Assembly (NCBI GenBank): GCA_964626665.1
Contig: CAZVGK010000003.1
Coordinates: forward strand, 96,001-160,000
From: an uncultured Gemmatimonadota bacterium
Lineage (GTDB): Bacteria; SM23-81; DAOVCL01
Length of the DNA: 64,000 nt
Direction of reading: 5' to 3'
Under the pieces are notes generated by a model. That model was not told the origin of the DNA. It did not search any database and worked only from the letters and a program-made list of their open reading frames with translations. This document shows, piece after piece, positions 59,332-64,000 of the stretch. The position numbers and the translations under genes were made by a program. The first letter of the stretch is position 1; the number at the start of each line of letters is the position of its first letter.

Positions 59332-61425
59332 ATGAAAAGATCAGAGTTTGTATTCTTGAACTTAGTCTTGGTGATCGTTGGGGTAAGTATATGCCTTGCG
59401 GAGACATCAAAAATGATCAAAAGAGTCGCCCCTTTGATAAACACTACATTTGTTGACAGATACAATCAACAACATCACTTAGTCATACCAGAGAAGGGCG
59501 AGGGTATGATAGATACCTTGAGATGGTATGTGGGGCAACCCTTGGACATGCTTGACTATGTCACCACTTTGGACACTATTGTTGTCTGGTTTTATCCATT
59601 GGCCACTTGTTCCCTGTTGGAAATATGGGCTAATTTTGCCGATGAGGCTGAGCTGGGTTGGCTGAGGGTCTCTATTGCGCAACGGAATGAGGCTGATACC
59701 TGTTGTCTCTCATTCAACGAAAATCTCCTTTTTGAGTCTATTGCCTGGACAGGCATAGACGGGGGGAATCAATGGTATAAGATGGATTTTACCCATATGT
59801 GGCCACCAGAGTATTTCCAACTGGAGTTGCCGGGTGATACCGCCTTCTATGTTATAATGCAAGCAGCGTGGGAAGGCTATCCTCATATCAACTGGGATGA
59901 CTGCGATGGGTGGACCCGAACGGAAGGACCACCACACTTTCGTTTCACTTATGAGCATACTACCAACGAAAGCCCCAATTGTGAAGGGGTGTGGTGCAGT
60001 AGTTGGTATTATGTCTATTATACTACTGACCCACCGGTATTTCCGGAACTTTTAGTGAAGGCAGTGGTTAAATATCCAAAAGCTCCTGTTGAGGTGGAGA
60101 TGACTCATCTTCCAGATACTTATTCCACCAAAGGGCCATTCCAGGTAACCGCATCAATCTGGGACCCTGGTGATGTAGTGGAAACAGTTTTTTTAAATTT
60201 TCACCTCAGAGGAACCCAAGTTATCTTAACTACGGAAATGCAGTTGCAGGAGGACTATACATATGTGGGTCAGCTCAAAGGGGAATATGCGGCCGGAGAT
60301 ACAATAGAATACTGGATTACCTGCCATAAACACGGATCAAGTGAGAGTCGCTTCTTCATCATCCGTGAATGCAACCCTGAAGCTGAGATTCTTGTGGTCA
60401 ACGACAACGGGGGAAATAGAGGAAAATACTATCAGGCGATATTGGATAGTTTAGGCTATAGTTATAACTACTGGGATGTAGCCGAATATGGTGGGATCAA
60501 CAGGGACATCTTAAATTACGGAAATTGGAGGACAGTAATTCTCTTCGGTTGTGGTTGTGGTACTACCCCTGGCAAGACCTACACGGGAGATATGTGGGCT
60601 GATTTCTTAGCCCAAGGTGGAAATATATTCTATTCCGACCAGAACTACTTCTGTGCCCATAGTGATTCGTTGGATTATCCGGGAGGTTGCCAATTTGAAG
60701 GAGACTTAGTTGAAGGAGAATTCTTGTATGATTATTTTGGGGTTAGCTGGGCGAAGAGCAATCCTGAATATCAAGACACCCTATTCAGGGGGCTTGATAC
60801 AGTCGTTGTTGGAGAGGAGAATGTGGGTGAAAGTCTCGGTTTGCATACCAGCCATTTAGGAATAGACTCTTGGCCTGACTACACCCAGGCGAGAAACGGG
60901 GCATTTAATCTATTTGAAACCATTGTAGGGAACACAACCTGTGGCACAAGATATGAAGGCACAGTGTCGGGGGTAACATTCAAAACGGTCTTTATCCCCT
61001 TCCCTTTTGAAGCCCTGTGTGATTACGATGATTATGAAGATAGAATTATAGTAACCCCTGCAGCTTATACGATTATGCAAAATATAATTGCTTGGTTCGA
61101 ATCTTCGGTTGGTACTGAAGAAAGAAACTACGGAGAAAAGTCTCTGCCAACTCTCTTTGCTCTATTTCAGAACTACCCCAATCCGTTTAATGCCACCACC
61201 CTCATCCGCTACCAGTTGTCCGCCGTCGGCGGTCCGCGGATGGCGGTCACCTTAGAGATCTACAACATCCTGGGGCAGAAGGTGGTTACTTTGGTGGATG
61301 GAAAACAGACCCCTGGATATAAGGCGGTTACCTGGAATCCTCAAGATCTGGCTTCCGGGATCTACTTCTATCGGTTAAAAGCTGGTGACTTTACCGCCAT
61401 CAAGAAGATGGTGCTGTTGAAGTAG
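59332..61425 (+). CDS. Secreted protein with C-terminal sorting domain
   Basis: Signal peptide, ILVVND...Y..ILDSLG module, FQNYPNPFN...LASGIYFYRL. Confidence 0.78.
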   Translation: MKRSEFVFLNLVLVIVGVSICLAETSKMIKRVAPLINTTFVDRYNQQHHLVIPEKGEGMIDTLRWYVGQPLDMLDYVTTLDTIVVWFYPLATCSLLEIWANFADEAELGWLRVSIAQRNEADTCCLSFNENLLFESIAWTGIDGGNQWYKMDFTHMWPPEYFQLELPGDTAFYVIMQAAWEGYPHINWDDCDGWTRTEGPPHFRFTYEHTTNESPNCEGVWCSSWYYVYYTTDPPVFPELLVKAVVKYPKAPVEVEMTHLPDTYSTKGPFQVTASIWDPGDVVETVFLNFHLRGTQVILTTEMQLQEDYTYVGQLKGEYAAGDTIEYWITCHKHGSSESRFFIIRECNPEAEILVVNDNGGNRGKYYQAILDSLGYSYNYWDVAEYGGINRDILNYGNWRTVILFGCGCGTTPGKTYTGDMWADFLAQGGNIFYSDQNYFCAHSDSLDYPGGCQFEGDLVEGEFLYDYFGVSWAKSNPEYQDTLFRGLDTVVVGEENVGESLGLHTSHLGIDSWPDYTQARNGAFNLFETIVGNTTCGTRYEGTVSGVTFKTVFIPFPFEALCDYDDYEDRIIVTPAAYTIMQNIIAWFESSVGTEERNYGEKSLPTLFALFQNYPNPFNATTLIRYQLSAVGGPRMAVTLEIYNILGQKVVTLVDGKQTPGYKAVTWNPQDLASGIYFYRLKAGDFTAIKKMVLLK

Positions 61426-61445
61426 AGCCTAAAAACCTACAAAAA

Positions 61446-61479
61446 AAGTAGGGACAGACCTAAAGGTCTGTCCCTACTT
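61446..61479. terminator. GTAG-type palindrome between convergent genes, probable terminator
   Basis: AAGTAGGGACAGACCT-AA-AGGTCTGTCCCTACTT perfect stem. Confidence 0.65.
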
Positions 61480-61552
61480 CAGAGGTGGAAAGTGTGATAT
61501 TCCGGAGAGGTGGCAGAACCCCTGTTCTGCCACCTCGGTTTGAAAATAGCTC

Positions 61553-61656
61553 ACCACGGATAAACACGGAGTAACAAAGAAAATCAGGGATAGCCTACAT
61601 AAACCCCATTTTTAATTCTCAATTTATAATTGCCTTTCCCCGTGAGATTCCGTGGT
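61553..61656 (-). repeat. CCACGG-arm MITE-like element (reversed)
   Basis: ACCACGGATAAACACGGA ... TTAATTCTCAATTTATAATTGC ... TCCGTGGT. Confidence 0.75.
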
Positions 61657-61662
61657 GAGCTC

Positions 61663-62103
61663 TCAACTGCTCTCATATTCCTCAATCTTCCCTAGCCTCC
61701 TCTGATGTCTTCCTCCCTCAAATGGGGTTCTGAGCCAGACATCTACGATCTTCAAGGAGATATCAAAGGGTTGGTTTTCCGCCCCCAAGGCAAGGAGGTT
61801 GGAGTTGTTATGGGCGCGGCTCAGCTCGGCCATCCTCTCGCTGGTACAGAGAGCTGCCCTTATTCCCTTCACCTTATTGGTCACAATGGACATCCCTATC
61901 CCTGTCCCACAGATGGCAATGCCCCTCTCAACCTCACCTTGTGCCAGGGCCAGAGCCACTGGAAAGCCGAAGTCTGGGTAGTCCACGGATTCCTCTGAAT
62001 GGGTCCCCTTGTCAACTACTTCGTGCCCCAATTTGAAGAGGTGTGATTTTATCTCTTCCTTGAGGCTAAACCCCCTATGGTCCGAACCTATAGCTATCTT
62101 CAT
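61663..62103 (-). CDS. rpiB: Ribose 5-phosphate isomerase B
   Basis: GSDHRG, DYPD, CGTGIG, HNNSN, FEGGRH..R. Confidence 0.96.
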   Translation of the reverse strand: MKIAIGSDHRGFSLKEEIKSHLFKLGHEVVDKGTHSEESVDYPDFGFPVALALAQGEVERGIAICGTGIGMSIVTNKVKGIRAALCTSERMAELSRAHNNSNLLALGAENQPFDISLKIVDVWLRTPFEGGRHQRRLGKIEEYESS

Positions 62104-63011
62104 CCCTCCTCCTCGCAGATGAGCGCCCCCAAGGCAATGGAATTGAGTTTTATCTTGGCTGTATCTGCCCGGGAGAGAAGGACTATAGGAACCCTTGCCC
62201 CCACCACAATCCCCCCCACCTTCACCTCTCCCAGGTAGATGAGAGCTTTAACTGATATGTTGCCGCTGGCGATATTGGGAACAAGGAAAATATCCGCTTC
62301 CCCAGCTATGGGGCTTTCCACTCCCTTTACTTCCGCCGCCTGGGAAGAGATGGCCAGGTCAAAGGCCACTGGCCCATCCGCAATTATCCTGCCCAACTGG
62401 CCCCGTTGGGCCATCTTGGCCAGGATGGCGGCATCGACTGTCTCCTGCATCTCCGGATTTACGGTCTCCACGGCAGCCAACAAGGCCACTTTGGGGACTT
62501 CTATCCCCAACCTATTGGCCACCCAGGAGGCATTCTTGATTAACTCCACCTTCGTTGGTAAGTCAGGAGAGATATTCATCCCCCCATCGGTAATCAGCAG
62601 TAGCTTGGGATAGACCTCAGCCTCGAGCACGGCCACATGGGAGAGAAGCTTCCCCTTCCGCAGGCCGTAGTCCTTATCCAAAACAGCCTTCAGCAGGGCC
62701 GATGTTCCCACCTTCCCCTTCATCAACATATCTGCTTTCCCTTCCCTCACCAACTCCACCGCCCTCTGGCAAGCCACCCCTGGATCATCCGCTTCCACAA
62801 TCTCAGAGGAGGAAATATCCAGCCCCCGCCGGGAGGCCATCTCCTCTATTCCGGTTTTATTCCCGATGAGTATAGGCTCAATTACTCCCTCCCGATAGGC
62901 CTCGCTCACCGCAAGCAGGATCTCTTCCCCTTCTGCTACGGCCACGGCCAGCCTCTTCCTTCCCCTCCGTTTAACCTCTGAGAATATGCCCTCAAAGCTG
63001 GTAATCGGCAT
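62100..63011 (-). CDS. ptb: Phosphate butyryl/acetyltransferase
   Basis: LMKG, LLSHV, TDGGMNI.P, GP.AFD.A, P.I..GN, SRAD. Confidence 0.85.
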   Translation of the reverse strand: MPITSFEGIFSEVKRRGRKRLAVAVAEGEEILLAVSEAYREGVIEPILIGNKTGIEEMASRRGLDISSSEIVEADDPGVACQRAVELVREGKADMLMKGKVGTSALLKAVLDKDYGLRKGKLLSHVAVLEAEVYPKLLLITDGGMNISPDLPTKVELIKNASWVANRLGIEVPKVALLAAVETVNPEMQETVDAAILAKMAQRGQLGRIIADGPVAFDLAISSQAAEVKGVESPIAGEADIFLVPNIASGNISVKALIYLGEVKVGGIVVGARVPIVLLSRADTAKIKLNSIALGALICEEEG

Positions 63012-63012
63012 C

Positions 63013-64000
63013 CTAGCTCCCTTTCCGGATTATCTTCTCCAGCGACCTAATAAAGGCCTCATTCTCCTCCCTCTTTCCCACGGTGAGCCTAATCTTTGTA
63101 GGGAGGCCATATCCTCCCAGAGGTCTAACTATCACCCCCTGTTTGAGGAACTCCTCAAAGGAGGATTGGGCATCCTGCCCCAGCTCTATCATTATGAAGT
63201 TTGTTTCCGAGGGGACATATGTCACCCCCATACGATCCAGTTCCCGGTATAAAAACTTCTTTCCCTCGCGGGTAATTCTCCTTGTGCGGAAGCAGTGCCC
63301 CTCATCGGTAAGGCAAGCCAACGCCGCCTTTAGGGCCAAAAGGTTAACATTAAAGGGAAGCCTCACCTGATTGAGAAGCTCAACTATCTCCCTCTTGGCT
63401 ACCCCATAGCCCAACCTGAGGCCGGCCAGGCCATAGATCTTGGAGAATGTGCGCAGGATGACGACATTTAGCCCTTGATGCACCCATTTAAGGGAATGCG
63501 GATAGTCTTCCCTCTCCTGGAACTCATAGTAGGCCTCATCCAGAATAACAATTACCCCCTCAGGCATCTCTCTGATAAAGGGCTCCATTTCATCCTTGGT
63601 GACGATGGTCCCCACGGGATTTATGGGATTATCAATGAAGAGTAGTTTTGTCTTCCTATCCACTGCCTGGGCCAGCGCCTGCAAATCGTGCTTCCAACCC
63701 TTGAGGGGAACCAGAACCTCCTTTCCACCCGCTGCCTGGGTGGTTATCCGATAGAGGGCAAAGGAGGGATCGGGGATCACAACCTTCTCCCCAGGGTTGA
63801 GGAAAGCCATATCTACGGCCTGGATTATCTCCACCGATCCATTCCCCAAGATGACCTCTTCGGCGGAGACACCTAGCCTCTGGGAGATGGCCTCCCTTAA
63901 TTGCGGGCCCCCATCCTCGGGGTAGAGATGGACAAAGGGGAGGGCCTCTCGCAGGGCACGGATGGCCAAAGGGGAGGGACCCAATGGGTTCTCGTTGGAG
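63013..64000 (-). CDS. hisC: Histidinol-phosphate aminotransferase (5' end outside window)
   Basis: SNENPLGPSP at window edge, GNGS.E, NP.NP.G, DEAY, RTFSKIYGLAGLRLGY. Confidence 0.93.
   Translation of the reverse strand, partial: SNENPLGPSPLAIRALREALPFVHLYPEDGGPQLREAISQRLGVSAEEVILGNGSVEIIQAVDMAFLNPGEKVVIPDPSFALYRITTQAAGGKEVLVPLKGWKHDLQALAQAVDRKTKLLFIDNPINPVGTIVTKDEMEPFIREMPEGVIVILDEAYYEFQEREDYPHSLKWVHQGLNVVILRTFSKIYGLAGLRLGYGVAKREIVELLNQVRLPFNVNLLALKAALACLTDEGHCFRTRRITREGKKFLYRELDRMGVTYVPSETNFIMIELGQDAQSSFEEFLKQGVIVRPLGGYGLPTKIRLTVGKREENEAFIRSLEKIIRKGS

Overview
Bacterial chromosomal window from a Gram-negative, probably anaerobic organism. Four proteins carry a QNYPNPFN C-terminal sorting domain, which suggests an FCB-related or candidate-phylum lineage (inference). 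From left to right it contains: LPS/envelope genes (GT2, epimerase, GT4, GT9, MsbA-like); gcvPB-gcvPA-gcvH; and a ~28 kb minus-strand purine/pyrimidine catabolism cluster (two molybdenum hydroxylases with FAD and 2Fe-2S subunits, XdhC, MocA, adenine deaminase, PreT/PreA, SsnA, a threonine-synthase-like PLP enzyme). That cluster is interrupted by a 7 kb cargo block (beta-helix secreted protein plus a low-GC DUF6602-like nuclease/HEPN-like pair). The plus-strand part holds a nitroreductase, a VapBC-like pair, Thermococcales-type HypA/HypB, NfeD-stomatin, a non-Cys Thi4, patatin and three secreted proteins including a gingipain-like C25 peptidase. The window ends with rpiB, ptb and a partial hisC. 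The most striking signal is non-genic: most long intergenic spaces are nested mosaics of several palindromic repeat families. Two small genes (a GxxExxY nuclease and a four-helix-bundle protein) are each bracketed by inverted arms built from these repeat units. They look like the gene-carrying members of repeat families whose empty copies are scattered across the window. The four-helix-bundle gene has itself been hit by a 373-bp MITE with 26-bp perfect TIRs and a 7-bp TSD. No rRNA, tRNA or CRISPR array was seen. All family assignments come from motif recognition by eye, with no database searches run.
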